Virus record (IMG/VR): IMGVR_UViG_3300026382_000010
Coordinates: 42,052-106,051 of that record
Length of the DNA: 64,000 nt
Direction: 5' to 3' (one strand)
From: a virus
Shown: positions 38,625-48,913 of the stretch, in pieces
Position numbering within the stretch: the first letter of the stretch is position 1
Layout of the letters: every line of letters begins with the position of its first letter
Position numbers and translations under genes: made by a program
The notes under the pieces: model-generated
Seen by the model: the letters and a program-made list of their open reading frames with translations, nothing else
What the model was told of the DNA's origin: nothing
Databases searched by the model: none

Positions 38625-41032
38625 TATATGCTAGCAAGAGTTTAAAACTTGGTTTTAGAGTTTTATACAGAATAAAAGATTACCCAGTTGATTTCGGATT
38701 CTTCTTATCCGCATTAATGGATCCTTATCATAAATCTTGTCTTGCGGGACTAGGTTTAGATATTACTTCAAAAGGCTATCTTAGAGTTGATAATGGTACG
38801 TTTGCATACAATGGTTATGTTGTTGAATTCTTTGATCCTATTTACTTTGATTTAACAAGTCTATATGACTCAAATACTCCTCTTGAGTTTGCATTAAATG
38901 ATTATAAACCAGCATTATCAGTTAGATTTAATTTACCAGAAAACGAATTTGCATCAATAAAATACTTAAGAACCAAAGTAATTTTAAGTCCAAGCAATGA
39001 AGAAAAAGAAATTACATTAGACTTCAGAGATATTGATAATCTTGTATCGCTATATAATACTCGTAACTGGGTTAAACTTGATCGAGAAAAAGACGTTGTA
39101 AAACTTATAACTACACAGCATCTTAATGTAATTGAGGATCCAACTTTTACTTACGATAGTAACACAAATACATTTTACTTTACTGATGAAAACCAGGTGG
39201 ATCGATTTGTAATTTCACTTGATACTAATTCAAATCAATTGTATGCAGGTGTAGTTTCAGTTTCGGATACAAAATTTACTTTATCTGGTAAACCTGAAAC
39301 ATATAAGGCATATATATCATTGGCTGATAATCTAGTAACTGATAATCTTTATGGACTAAGGTTAATTGATAATCGACATCGAAATTATCATACAGCAGTC
39401 TTTACAATTGCCGATGACTTCTATCAAATCAAGGACATAAAAGAAATTTATATAGAGGCAGATACGAGAACTTTACCTGCAGATAATCTAGGATTTTCGC
39501 TTTCACTTGATGGTGGTAAACATTGGATTGTTATTAACAATGTAGGTGCTCCAAATTACATTGGATATTGTGAAGATAATCCAGTTTTCGAAAAACCATA
39601 TTCATTACAATTTATTAACGAGGAGTTACTTCCAAATCTTAAAGACTTTTTAATTTCCTGGTATATGTCGATTACTCCTAGAAAGTATGCAGTTACAATT
39701 CAATATGATTACGAAGCAAAAGAAATTCGGTTTTACTTGAAAGACAAGGAATCCTTAACGCATGAAGATTTAATCTTAGGTTGTATATTACAGGAGCAAG
39801 GGCGTTATAAGATAACTTACCATGATTGGGAAATGCCCCGAATGATCCCTTACGCCGAGTGGAAAGATGACAATGTATATACACTTCTTGAAACGTATGG
39901 TATTGATCCATTTAGTCAGCTAATTTACTACAATAATATTGTATCAGTAAATAATGCACTCGCAAATACTTTGAATTTTGATTACGATGTATGCAAAGTT
40001 ATTCTTCCAAAGAATACGCAAGATTACATTTTGGAAAATGGTTTTCTATATGGACCATTTATCTGGCTCAGATACAATGGAAAGATGAAATTTACAATTG
40101 ATCCACCACCAAATGCAAAATCTGTTATAGTTGATGTAGGCGCAGTGAATGGAGAATTCGATGTATATTTAAATGGACAAAGTATTCCCTTAAAATACGA
40201 AGTTCCTTTAAGAACGCGAAACATTCCTATTGAATTTGAAATCAAACCAAGAGTACCACAGGAGAACGTAGATACTGAGTTTCCATATCTTTTGACAAGT
40301 GTAAATGTGTATTTTAATACAGATCAAATCAATCTTAGAATTAATAACATTAATCACTACAAACGTCCGGTAATTGAATTCTTTGATATTGAACCTAAAC
40401 ATGTAGTTGTTTTCGATGACGATTTAGCTGAATTTCAACTTCCCGAATTTCCATTTAAGATTTCATATAGAGTATCAAATCCAAATGGACTTCCTGTAAG
40501 AGTATCATTATTTGCAGAAGATAATCTACTTTTATACACATCTGACGACCTTGAAGAATATAACGTTGGAGTTGTACTTCCAACAGCAAATCTGCAGTAT
40601 TTTGATTCAAATACTAAAACAATTCCACTTACTTTTGAAGCATGTGACAATAGCGCATGTACACGCTATAGCATAGGCTTAGAAGTTATACATCCAAAGG
40701 ATTCACCAATAGGCTATGGAAAAATTCTAGGATTTGATTACTGTTGGATTTACGATACGTTGGTTAAGTTTAATATCTCAGGTTATACTCCAATTCCAGT
40801 TGATTGGTTTGATATGCGTGTTAAAATAGTATTTGATACAAGTAAAGATGAAAATGATCCTGATAACTACACTGAATTTTCTTTAAAGGAAAATGCTTTC
40901 GAGTTCAAAGATATAGGGTACGCATATCCAAAAGCAGGAACGACTTATACTGCTAAAGCCGAATTACGAATTTATAGCGGTAAAAGATATAAGGTAATCG
41001 ATACACGATACTTACCAGTCGAAATTCCATAA
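38621..41032 (+). CDS. Putative baseplate/fibre structural protein
   Basis: 803 aa beta-rich; LRVDNGTFAYNGYVV, SLDGGKHW Asp-box-like motif, Ig-like C-terminus, 3 DSN; ATGA overlap. Confidence 0.6.
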   Translation: MIYASKSLKLGFRVLYRIKDYPVDFGFFLSALMDPYHKSCLAGLGLDITSKGYLRVDNGTFAYNGYVVEFFDPIYFDLTSLYDSNTPLEFALNDYKPALSVRFNLPENEFASIKYLRTKVILSPSNEEKEITLDFRDIDNLVSLYNTRNWVKLDREKDVVKLITTQHLNVIEDPTFTYDSNTNTFYFTDENQVDRFVISLDTNSNQLYAGVVSVSDTKFTLSGKPETYKAYISLADNLVTDNLYGLRLIDNRHRNYHTAVFTIADDFYQIKDIKEIYIEADTRTLPADNLGFSLSLDGGKHWIVINNVGAPNYIGYCEDNPVFEKPYSLQFINEELLPNLKDFLISWYMSITPRKYAVTIQYDYEAKEIRFYLKDKESLTHEDLILGCILQEQGRYKITYHDWEMPRMIPYAEWKDDNVYTLLETYGIDPFSQLIYYNNIVSVNNALANTLNFDYDVCKVILPKNTQDYILENGFLYGPFIWLRYNGKMKFTIDPPPNAKSVIVDVGAVNGEFDVYLNGQSIPLKYEVPLRTRNIPIEFEIKPRVPQENVDTEFPYLLTSVNVYFNTDQINLRINNINHYKRPVIEFFDIEPKHVVVFDDDLAEFQLPEFPFKISYRVSNPNGLPVRVSLFAEDNLLLYTSDDLEEYNVGVVLPTANLQYFDSNTKTIPLTFEACDNSACTRYSIGLEVIHPKDSPIGYGKILGFDYCWIYDTLVKFNISGYTPIPVDWFDMRVKIVFDTSKDENDPDNYTEFSLKENAFEFKDIGYAYPKAGTTYTAKAELRIYSGKRYKVIDTRYLPVEIP

Positions 41033-41054
41033 TTCTTTTTGAGGTTGTATAAAA

Positions 41055-41348
41055 ATGGTTACTATTGCAAATTTAATGGAGAACTTATTTCCAAAGCGTA
41101 TGCAAAACCTTGTAATTTATGCCAAAACTGAACCTCAAATTCTTACAGAAAATCCGCGAAAGTCATACGTAATAAGAAATATGAATGAAAATAAGATTGC
41201 ATTTCTTGGTGGCCCAAATGTAACACCTGAAACTGGATTTCCTCTTCTACCCGGTGAAGTACTTTATTTAAATACTGCAGCTGATATTTATGCAGTTGCC
41301 GAAGATGAAACAGAAGCAGTTGAACTTCGTGTAATTGTACTATACTAG
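41055..41348 (+). CDS. Small beta-sandwich virion protein (decoration-like)
   Basis: RKSYVIRN....AFLG...VT..TGFPL.PGE.......IYAV pattern common in phage structural regions. Confidence 0.55.
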   Translation: MVTIANLMENLFPKRMQNLVIYAKTEPQILTENPRKSYVIRNMNENKIAFLGGPNVTPETGFPLLPGEVLYLNTAADIYAVAEDETEAVELRVIVLY

Positions 41349-41369
41349 AAACGTAAGGAGGTAGCATGC

Positions 41370-41696
41370 ATGGAAGTTGAAGCGCCAAATATAGTATTAG
41401 AAATCAAAATTAATGGAAACGATGTTGAAATACTAACAAATGTTGATCGCTATACATTAATTGGTATACTCGAAGCATTAAAGCATCAGCTTATAAACGA
41501 AACAGATGCAGCTTACGAAAAAGCAACTTCTGATAAATCCGAAACTAAAAACGCATCCAAAGAAAATAAACCTAATGTAAAACAGGCAATTGAAGGTAAG
41601 CCAATTTATGGCGATCCAAATTTATTTAAAGTAGAGAAAGAGATTTCAGGTCAAATCTGCGATGTTATGAAAAAAATTGAATCCATAATAAAATAA
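41370..41696 (+). CDS. Hypothetical protein
   Basis: 108 aa, AAGGAGGT SD. Confidence 0.75.
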   Translation: MEVEAPNIVLEIKINGNDVEILTNVDRYTLIGILEALKHQLINETDAAYEKATSDKSETKNASKENKPNVKQAIEGKPIYGDPNLFKVEKEISGQICDVMKKIESIIK

Positions 41697-41735
41697 AAAT
41701 GCCTTTGGTAAAATTTAAAGGAGGATTCGCAGGAA

Positions 41736-42842
41736 ATGAATTTAATTGCATATGGTGGAACATTTGTTTCTGCTAGAGATTTGTATGATAAAATTGTAGC
41801 CGCAATTGCAAATGTATTTTCAAAAGAGTGGGATATTACTATAATTGATGATTCACATGCAGTTTTACATTCTCGAGGCGAAGGTGGCCTCGATGATATG
41901 TACTACATGATTGAGTATAACGGTGGTGAAGATTCTGTTTATATGAAAGGAATGCAATTTTATGATTTCACAAACAATACTCCTTCAACATATGGGTTAA
42001 CAAACTTACCTTTCTATGGAATCAAGAAGTTTGACTTATCCGTTTTTCCAGGATACTTCTGGATATACGGGAATGCAGACTATCTTCATATTTTCTACAG
42101 AGGTACAGGATCTTCAGCGGTTCCAGAGTATTTAATTCCAAAACTTATTACCATTGGTAAATTCATTCCATCTTATTCACCAGCGGTAACTTGGGTAAAT
42201 CAAGATGAAATTTTACCTGGAGTTAACGTAACTGTTAAAGTTAATAACGTAGCAATCTTTGAAGTAAACAGATATGTAACAATATCTGGTTTCAATACCT
42301 GGGAAAAGAGTTTAGTTGTAGCTATAGATGAAACAGCTTCTACTATTACTCTTGCATCTGTTGTAGAGCATCACCAAACCCTTTACGATGAAAATGGAAA
42401 CATTGCAAATCCAATTATAATTGGAGAAATGGCTAAACCTTATTTCATTTTCCAAGACTCCTACTACAAACAAGGAGCAATTATTTGGGCATCTGCAATG
42501 GTTTTCCCTAGAATCTCAGGTAGAGCTTTAGGACTTAATGCTAAAGACTATGGTACAAATCAGGGTTCAGGCGTTAGAGTAGATGTATTCAAAGCAGTGA
42601 GAACTCTTGCTGATGCATCCGCTTTAGATATGCTTAACTACGATAGATATCTCTTTGAATATTACCTCTATAAACTAGATGGAGATAACAGAGGATTCTA
42701 CGGAAAATTACCATATCTATATGCAGTAGGAGCAAATGATATCAACTCTGAAACTACAATGATTTGTGATAATACATATCTTTATAGATGCTTCTATGTT
42801 TATGGACTTGGAATGAGTGCAGTTAGAGAATCTAACGCGTAA
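41736..42842 (+). CDS. Probable abundant virion structural protein
   Basis: AAGGAGG SD, 11 of 12 Arg codons AGA as in sheath/tube, own terminator, beta-rich. Confidence 0.6.
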   Translation: MNLIAYGGTFVSARDLYDKIVAAIANVFSKEWDITIIDDSHAVLHSRGEGGLDDMYYMIEYNGGEDSVYMKGMQFYDFTNNTPSTYGLTNLPFYGIKKFDLSVFPGYFWIYGNADYLHIFYRGTGSSAVPEYLIPKLITIGKFIPSYSPAVTWVNQDEILPGVNVTVKVNNVAIFEVNRYVTISGFNTWEKSLVVAIDETASTITLASVVEHHQTLYDENGNIANPIIIGEMAKPYFIFQDSYYKQGAIIWASAMVFPRISGRALGLNAKDYGTNQGSGVRVDVFKAVRTLADASALDMLNYDRYLFEYYLYKLDGDNRGFYGKLPYLYAVGANDINSETTMICDNTYLYRCFYVYGLGMSAVRESNA

Positions 42843-42845
42843 TTC

Positions 42846-42880
42846 AAGCCACCCTGGGGATATCCCCAGGGTGGCTTTTT
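42846..42880 (+). terminator. Intrinsic terminator (32-bp perfect palindrome plus T tract)
   Basis: AAGCCACCCTGGGGAT-ATCCCCAGGGTGGCTT then TTT. Confidence 0.9.
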
Positions 42881-42946
42881 GACTCGCAATTTTCCCAAAC
42901 ATTAACATAGAAAAACTCTATGTTAAAAGGAGTTATAGTGTAGGCA

Positions 42947-45850
42947 ATGCATGGTGATACAACTTACTTCCAACATGGTTATCCGTATACTCCAGATTTA
43001 CCACGTATTAAAAAATATCATCCTTTACCAAAAGTTGAAAAATATATACGGGGAAAAATTTACCCGTTAACTAGATTTCATGGTATTCCTAATAAGCAGA
43101 TTACTCATTTTTTTAAGCTTAAAGCGCAGCGTTTAGTTCCTATAAATTCCAAAACATATCCTCCGCTCAAGATAGGAAAACTTATTTCACTTTGTAACAG
43201 ACGATACGATCGGCGTTTTACTTTTCCGCATTTATACATGAGTCCTTCGCTTCCTAACTTTCACAGACTCTTTTCAAGGGTGTATAATGGAGTTATCCAA
43301 CCTCGTCTAATTTGTGCATTTGTCGATATGAATCTCTTTAAAAAAGTATTGCAAGAATTATTTGAACTTTCCGTTGAGTATCAATTTGTATGTATTCCCT
43401 ATATTTACATTGATTTAGATCGCCCTTGTTTTAAAAGATGTCTCGAACCTGGACAAAACTCCTACATGATTTTAGATATCTCAGATTTATTTGACTGGAT
43501 TGTTAGAAACTATAAGGCATTAGTAATCTCTAAAATTGAACGTGATCGTTTTGAAGCAGAATCAGAGTTGGAAGCATTTGTTGATATTCGTTGTCGTTCT
43601 GGTTTAACATATGGAGTAAGAGATCACGTTCCAAAGGGAACTGAATTAGTATCTGGCCAATTAACTTTTCAATGCGATAACTGTCAAAGTAATATAATCC
43701 TTGATGGATATTTTCTTGCTCGTTTATGGGACTTTTTAACTCCACTTGATGAAATTGATATTCAACCAACAACACTTGTAAATTATACTAAAGTTTGGTT
43801 TTCCAATGAAATTCCCGAGCATGCAGTTTACGCTCCGCGTCTTAAAGAAAGACTATTTTACAATTCTGATGATAACTTTACACGTTGGTATATTACTAGC
43901 ATTACTGATTCCTGGTATTATTTTAGAGACAGTACATATATTGCATACAATACTAAAAAGAAAACAACTACTCTCCTAGAAATTGGTGAGATTATCGATG
44001 AATTCCACAAAGCAAAATTTAGACATGCCTCTCCATTGGCACCTCGAAGAAAAGAAGATCTCTATGTTGCAAATGCAATATTTACCTTCGATTTTCTCTA
44101 TTTAAAACATTTGGACTACTATCATAGACGCTATCTATTTACACATGATCTTTTTTACCAGCATAGTATTCTCTACATTCATCCAATAATTCTACAAATT
44201 CCAATTGTTTTTAAGACAGGTAAAGAAGTTGAATTTGATATGGAATCTGAGATTTCATTTTATTTTGTAGCTCCGCTAAGTAATGAATTTACTTGTGAAT
44301 ATGGAGTATTTGATGCTGGAACTACAGTTTACACTTCAGAATATGAAGATTTAAAACTTGATAGAAAGGTTTTTGAATATAGTGAAATACCTGATAAACA
44401 TGCTCTATTTCAACAAGTATTTATAACACCAAAAACTCAATACCTACATAAACGCTTTCTATTTTCTTGGGATTTCTGGTACAGTAGAACCGATTATAAA
44501 AATACACGTTATGTATTTTTATGGGATTTTCCTGATATCAAAAATCGTCATGTTACATATTTTATAGACTTACCAGGACCGTCTTATCCTGCATTAGGTT
44601 CAATTATTCCATTTCCTAGTACATCTACAAGATATTACAATACACGCTATGATAGAATTTTCCAATTCAAGAGAATTTATATAGAGCTTTTTGCTGGAAA
44701 ACTTTTGACTTTTGAATTTCCATATATTGAAATTCACAAACGTTTATGTGATTTAAAGTCATACTTTTGGAATATTAATAGAGCATTTACATTTGGAAAA
44801 GCTGATTATAAAAACCTAGATCCGATTAAAAGAGCATGGGAAGGTACATACTGTACTGAATCATTTTGGCAACTTTATCTAGAAATATATGCTCCATTTT
44901 TAGGATTCTGGGGAACTTACAGAATCAATCAAATTGTTGATTACGTAAAACAAAACTATCCACATTGGGGTTGGACTAAGAATCTTCCAAGCGATCCTGA
45001 TAAAGCATATCAAGAAATTGTAAAGCATATCCCATGGGTTAACGATTGTTTACCTAGATATTCTCAAGTTAAAAATCTCTTAATTCCTGGTAAAAAAATG
45101 TATAAGAATGCTCCTTTATTCTTACCTGGAATGCATGATGAATATTATGATGCAACATTTTTCAAAGACGGACGTCCTTTTACATTACATAACTGGAAGC
45201 ATTTAGATTGGGAAGAAATTTATCACATATGGCCTGATATGGGATTATATATTCCAGTGCAACCATTAAGGGGTGGGCTTGGTGGAGGACTTCCGGAATA
45301 TAAAAAAGGAAATTTAAAAGCATTGTGGTATATCAATTGTCCGTATACTCCAAGACATTACATTTATAGAAACTTTTTAATTGCTCCCATCTCACCTAGA
45401 CACTATCTATATCCTATGGGTAAACGTGTTAAAATGTATTGCATCCATCTTAGAAATATCGTAGTCTACTGGGAGCAAAAGGCATGGTTAATCGATAAAT
45501 TTCATATGCCTAATTTAGATGAAATTCATGTAAGACAGCATCCTTATCGTTACACACGTCACACTAGATTCTTTACTGGTACTCGTGATTTTGGAATGTC
45601 TACCGTATTGCAATTTAGAAAATTATCTGCAGATACCCAAGAATTGCGAGTTTCATTACAAAGTAATCGCATATTAAATCCTTGGAAAGATATTGATGAT
45701 ACTAACCTTGAAATGTATAAACTTAAATTAAGCACTGACTATACTTACGATTCAAATGCAAAAGATACATTGAATATAGAATTTGATGAACCTCAAGTTC
45801 AAGACTTATTTTTAGAATATTATAAACCGGAGTTAGATTCCAATGATTAG
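42947..45850 (+). CDS. Hypothetical large structural protein
   Basis: 967 aa aromatic/Pro-rich, AAGGAG SD, 2 C-terminal DSN; heads the fibre operon. Confidence 0.65.
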   Translation: MHGDTTYFQHGYPYTPDLPRIKKYHPLPKVEKYIRGKIYPLTRFHGIPNKQITHFFKLKAQRLVPINSKTYPPLKIGKLISLCNRRYDRRFTFPHLYMSPSLPNFHRLFSRVYNGVIQPRLICAFVDMNLFKKVLQELFELSVEYQFVCIPYIYIDLDRPCFKRCLEPGQNSYMILDISDLFDWIVRNYKALVISKIERDRFEAESELEAFVDIRCRSGLTYGVRDHVPKGTELVSGQLTFQCDNCQSNIILDGYFLARLWDFLTPLDEIDIQPTTLVNYTKVWFSNEIPEHAVYAPRLKERLFYNSDDNFTRWYITSITDSWYYFRDSTYIAYNTKKKTTTLLEIGEIIDEFHKAKFRHASPLAPRRKEDLYVANAIFTFDFLYLKHLDYYHRRYLFTHDLFYQHSILYIHPIILQIPIVFKTGKEVEFDMESEISFYFVAPLSNEFTCEYGVFDAGTTVYTSEYEDLKLDRKVFEYSEIPDKHALFQQVFITPKTQYLHKRFLFSWDFWYSRTDYKNTRYVFLWDFPDIKNRHVTYFIDLPGPSYPALGSIIPFPSTSTRYYNTRYDRIFQFKRIYIELFAGKLLTFEFPYIEIHKRLCDLKSYFWNINRAFTFGKADYKNLDPIKRAWEGTYCTESFWQLYLEIYAPFLGFWGTYRINQIVDYVKQNYPHWGWTKNLPSDPDKAYQEIVKHIPWVNDCLPRYSQVKNLLIPGKKMYKNAPLFLPGMHDEYYDATFFKDGRPFTLHNWKHLDWEEIYHIWPDMGLYIPVQPLRGGLGGGLPEYKKGNLKALWYINCPYTPRHYIYRNFLIAPISPRHYLYPMGKRVKMYCIHLRNIVVYWEQKAWLIDKFHMPNLDEIHVRQHPYRYTRHTRFFTGTRDFGMSTVLQFRKLSADTQELRVSLQSNRILNPWKDIDDTNLEMYKLKLSTDYTYDSNAKDTLNIEFDEPQVQDLFLEYYKPELDSND

Positions 45851-47057
45851 AGCATACTTTACTCAGTATGGGTTAGAAGCAGTTAATCGCTCACTAACTG
45901 ATGATGACTATCGAATCAAATTTGCAAAAATAAAGTTAAATGCTACTGCGCATATCACTGATCCGATTATGGAAATTGATTTTAAAGCAACTGATATTCC
46001 TGCTCCATCTGTTGAAGGATATGTAAATAAGATTTACTATGACAAGGATAATCATGGACTTGTCATTCAAGCAGTAGTACCTAGAGGACAACCTGAGGTT
46101 TACGTAAATGGATTTGGAATTTATGATGATGAAGATAATTTGCTAATTATAGGAGCATTTCCTTATGTATGGCGTTACCATACATTCTCAAATTTAAACG
46201 TATTTGTATTTGTCCCACTCTTTTCCAATATGGAAATTCCTGTTGATAAAATCTTTATCAATCCCCCAGAAAATTACGTTGTATTGCAGACGCATATCTT
46301 TTCAGACTATGCATATAAATGGATTGTGAGACATGCGCTCCTACGTTCCGACATTGTCTATAAAGTATTTAATGAAAACGATGAAGAAATTATTCCATGG
46401 CGTGCAAAATTAAATCCTGGTTATTTAGAGCTTGAATTTGAGCAGCCTACTAAAGGAAAAGTTGTTGTTATAGGATATGGAACTGCATGTACTGAAATTC
46501 CAAGTAATGATGAAACTGAAAATCCGCCAGATCTATTGTATACTCAACGTATTCCTGAGTATCCTTACGAATTCCTAATAAAAGATCAACTTCTTACAGA
46601 AACTCGCCTGACTTATACTTTAACTTCAGGAAACAAAACTTATTTCCTCGAGCTACTTAAAAATCTAAACAACGTCGTTACATTTGATAAAATCGAATAT
46701 TTAAATCTAGCGCGTACTTTAATTTTTGCACCTACGGATAATACAGAGGCATATTGTATTTTCAGATTTGAAAAACCAATTACTGGTATTAAAAACGTAA
46801 AGTTTATTTCAAAGGTTTCAACTGAAGAAAACTTGGTTTATAAAAGTGGAATTGATTTCAAAGCATATCTTACAGATTCCAATTATGAACCTATAACTGA
46901 TCCAATTTCATTGAATGCAATTCAGACGGTAGACTCGAATGTAGCATATTATGGTTGCAAAATTGCAACAAGTACCAATTGGGTACGTTGCTATGGATTT
47001 TCACTTATAATGTCTGACGATACAATTTACGATGAGATTCCAAATGAGGTTTACTAA
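45843..47057 (+). CDS. Tail fibre/collar-domain protein
   Basis: N-terminal FTQYGLEA...VNGFGIYD...LLIIG (tail-collar/DUF3751-like), then a W.V.H.L....V.....I.P fibre module. Confidence 0.65.
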   Translation: MIRAYFTQYGLEAVNRSLTDDDYRIKFAKIKLNATAHITDPIMEIDFKATDIPAPSVEGYVNKIYYDKDNHGLVIQAVVPRGQPEVYVNGFGIYDDEDNLLIIGAFPYVWRYHTFSNLNVFVFVPLFSNMEIPVDKIFINPPENYVVLQTHIFSDYAYKWIVRHALLRSDIVYKVFNENDEEIIPWRAKLNPGYLELEFEQPTKGKVVVIGYGTACTEIPSNDETENPPDLLYTQRIPEYPYEFLIKDQLLTETRLTYTLTSGNKTYFLELLKNLNNVVTFDKIEYLNLARTLIFAPTDNTEAYCIFRFEKPITGIKNVKFISKVSTEENLVYKSGIDFKAYLTDSNYEPITDPISLNAIQTVDSNVAYYGCKIATSTNWVRCYGFSLIMSDDTIYDEIPNEVY

Positions 47058-48913
47058 TGAAGTTTGGTCCTTGTGATCCTCAAGCTTTAAATAAAAAACA
47101 AAAGGTTTATAGAGCTTTCTTCTTAAAACCACAAGATTATAGAAATCTTGCATTTGATAGACCAGATTATTCTGAACCAGTATTTTCCTATTGCTACAAC
47201 ATTATTGATATCTGTCCTAATATAACCTATGAAATATCAGTCCTCGATTCAAACTACGTGCATTTTGACTCAAATTGGACGGTTGATACAAACACCAAAT
47301 GTCTCTACTACAATTTAACTGATTTAGGCTATTTCGAATCTTATACAATAACTGGATACATGATGCAGCGATATTTTGAATCTGAATTTCATACAACTAC
47401 TACATTTATTGACTCGAATGGTTATCTGAATATTTACAACAATAAAACTCCAGTTATCGATCAATGGTCGTTGCACTACGTTTTTCGCGACTATCAAAAA
47501 ATACATTTTATAGTGGAAAATTGGGGTTACGAATCGTTTTATACTATAATGGAAGCCGGTTCTTGGAGAGTATACTGGAATATTGGAATTAATGGGTTCT
47601 CAATCTATTTTGAAAAAGATAGAACTGAGTATTTACAGTTTATCATTGACTCCAATATTTCTATTGATGTTGGCCGTTTTGAATTTCTAATTGACAGCAC
47701 TAGTATAAATCTTGGCATTTACAAGTGGGATGAAGATGAAAAGGAATTTGATTCAGTAGCCTCCTATCGTTTCAAACGTTGTATTTTAGGAAATGAATCC
47801 GTTACGCAACTTTCATTTTCTCTTGCAACATTTGAACCAACTGACAAATATGTGAAAATAAGTCCTATAACGGTTGAAAATAGTCGTATTTACTGTCCAA
47901 CAAATTTTGATTCAAATGCAGAGTCTATTTCTTTGGACGTAACTATAAATATTCCGTTGCAATTAATCTACAATACAAAATCGTCTTCATTGATTTTTTC
48001 ATCTACTGACTCAGTCAGATTAAGACATGCCGAGCAAATTCTTATTGATAATGAAGTATTTACATTAGGGGATATGCTTATTGATTATTACTTTATACCT
48101 AAGGATTATAGTATTACAGTTCACTTTAAAGACGTAAAATATGCATTTATTGATAAGTTTTACCTAATAAATCATGATTTACCAGGCGTTGAATTTTATT
48201 TTGGAAAGTCGACCCCTGATTCAAATATTACTATGGATGAATTTATTATTAAAAACGTCTCAGATGAAACCAAATTATTGCTTGCAATAATAACTCCTCT
48301 CAAAGATAAATTTTACATGGATGAATTGACAAAAAGTAAATGTGGACGCTATAAGCTATCTCGTATTACAAATTTTGGACAGTATTTCTTACGTCATGAA
48401 ATTCTAGGATTAAGTAAACATGAACTTACCAATTTCGCATTTAAATTAATTACAGGAACTGACTACTTTAAAAATGCATTCATAAATCAGAATATGGATC
48501 TACAATATTTACTTCTTGAGGAAAATACACATGTTGGTTTACTACTTACGCCAGATAATGTAGAGTTTTGGAATACTACATTATTTGGTAAAGGAATTCT
48601 TTGGGAAATCGTAACGAAACAGTTATTTGAATATTACATTACTTTTCCTATTACGATATATGGTGTTGAAGTTTTATATAGATACAATAGAGAGTATAAG
48701 GTTGTTGCACGTTCATTTTACAGTAAACCTCAATTAATTCCTCCGGAAACCTACTTTACACTTAATTACTTTTTAAAATTTGGACATTATTATTATGACA
48801 GTTTAACTACAACTGAATTTAAACCTGAGTTAGACTGCAATGGATATCTAGATTTACACTATGAAGATGCAGGAGAGCTTTTAATAATTCGCGATGATAT
48901 TGAATTGAAATAA
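47057..48913 (+). CDS. Structural protein, beta-rich with C-terminal collar-like domain
   Basis: 618 aa, 6 DSN motifs, ITNFGQYFL...IYGVEVL...VVARS...IPP. Confidence 0.6.
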   Translation: MKFGPCDPQALNKKQKVYRAFFLKPQDYRNLAFDRPDYSEPVFSYCYNIIDICPNITYEISVLDSNYVHFDSNWTVDTNTKCLYYNLTDLGYFESYTITGYMMQRYFESEFHTTTTFIDSNGYLNIYNNKTPVIDQWSLHYVFRDYQKIHFIVENWGYESFYTIMEAGSWRVYWNIGINGFSIYFEKDRTEYLQFIIDSNISIDVGRFEFLIDSTSINLGIYKWDEDEKEFDSVASYRFKRCILGNESVTQLSFSLATFEPTDKYVKISPITVENSRIYCPTNFDSNAESISLDVTINIPLQLIYNTKSSSLIFSSTDSVRLRHAEQILIDNEVFTLGDMLIDYYFIPKDYSITVHFKDVKYAFIDKFYLINHDLPGVEFYFGKSTPDSNITMDEFIIKNVSDETKLLLAIITPLKDKFYMDELTKSKCGRYKLSRITNFGQYFLRHEILGLSKHELTNFAFKLITGTDYFKNAFINQNMDLQYLLLEENTHVGLLLTPDNVEFWNTTLFGKGILWEIVTKQLFEYYITFPITIYGVEVLYRYNREYKVVARSFYSKPQLIPPETYFTLNYFLKFGHYYYDSLTTTEFKPELDCNGYLDLHYEDAGELLIIRDDIELK

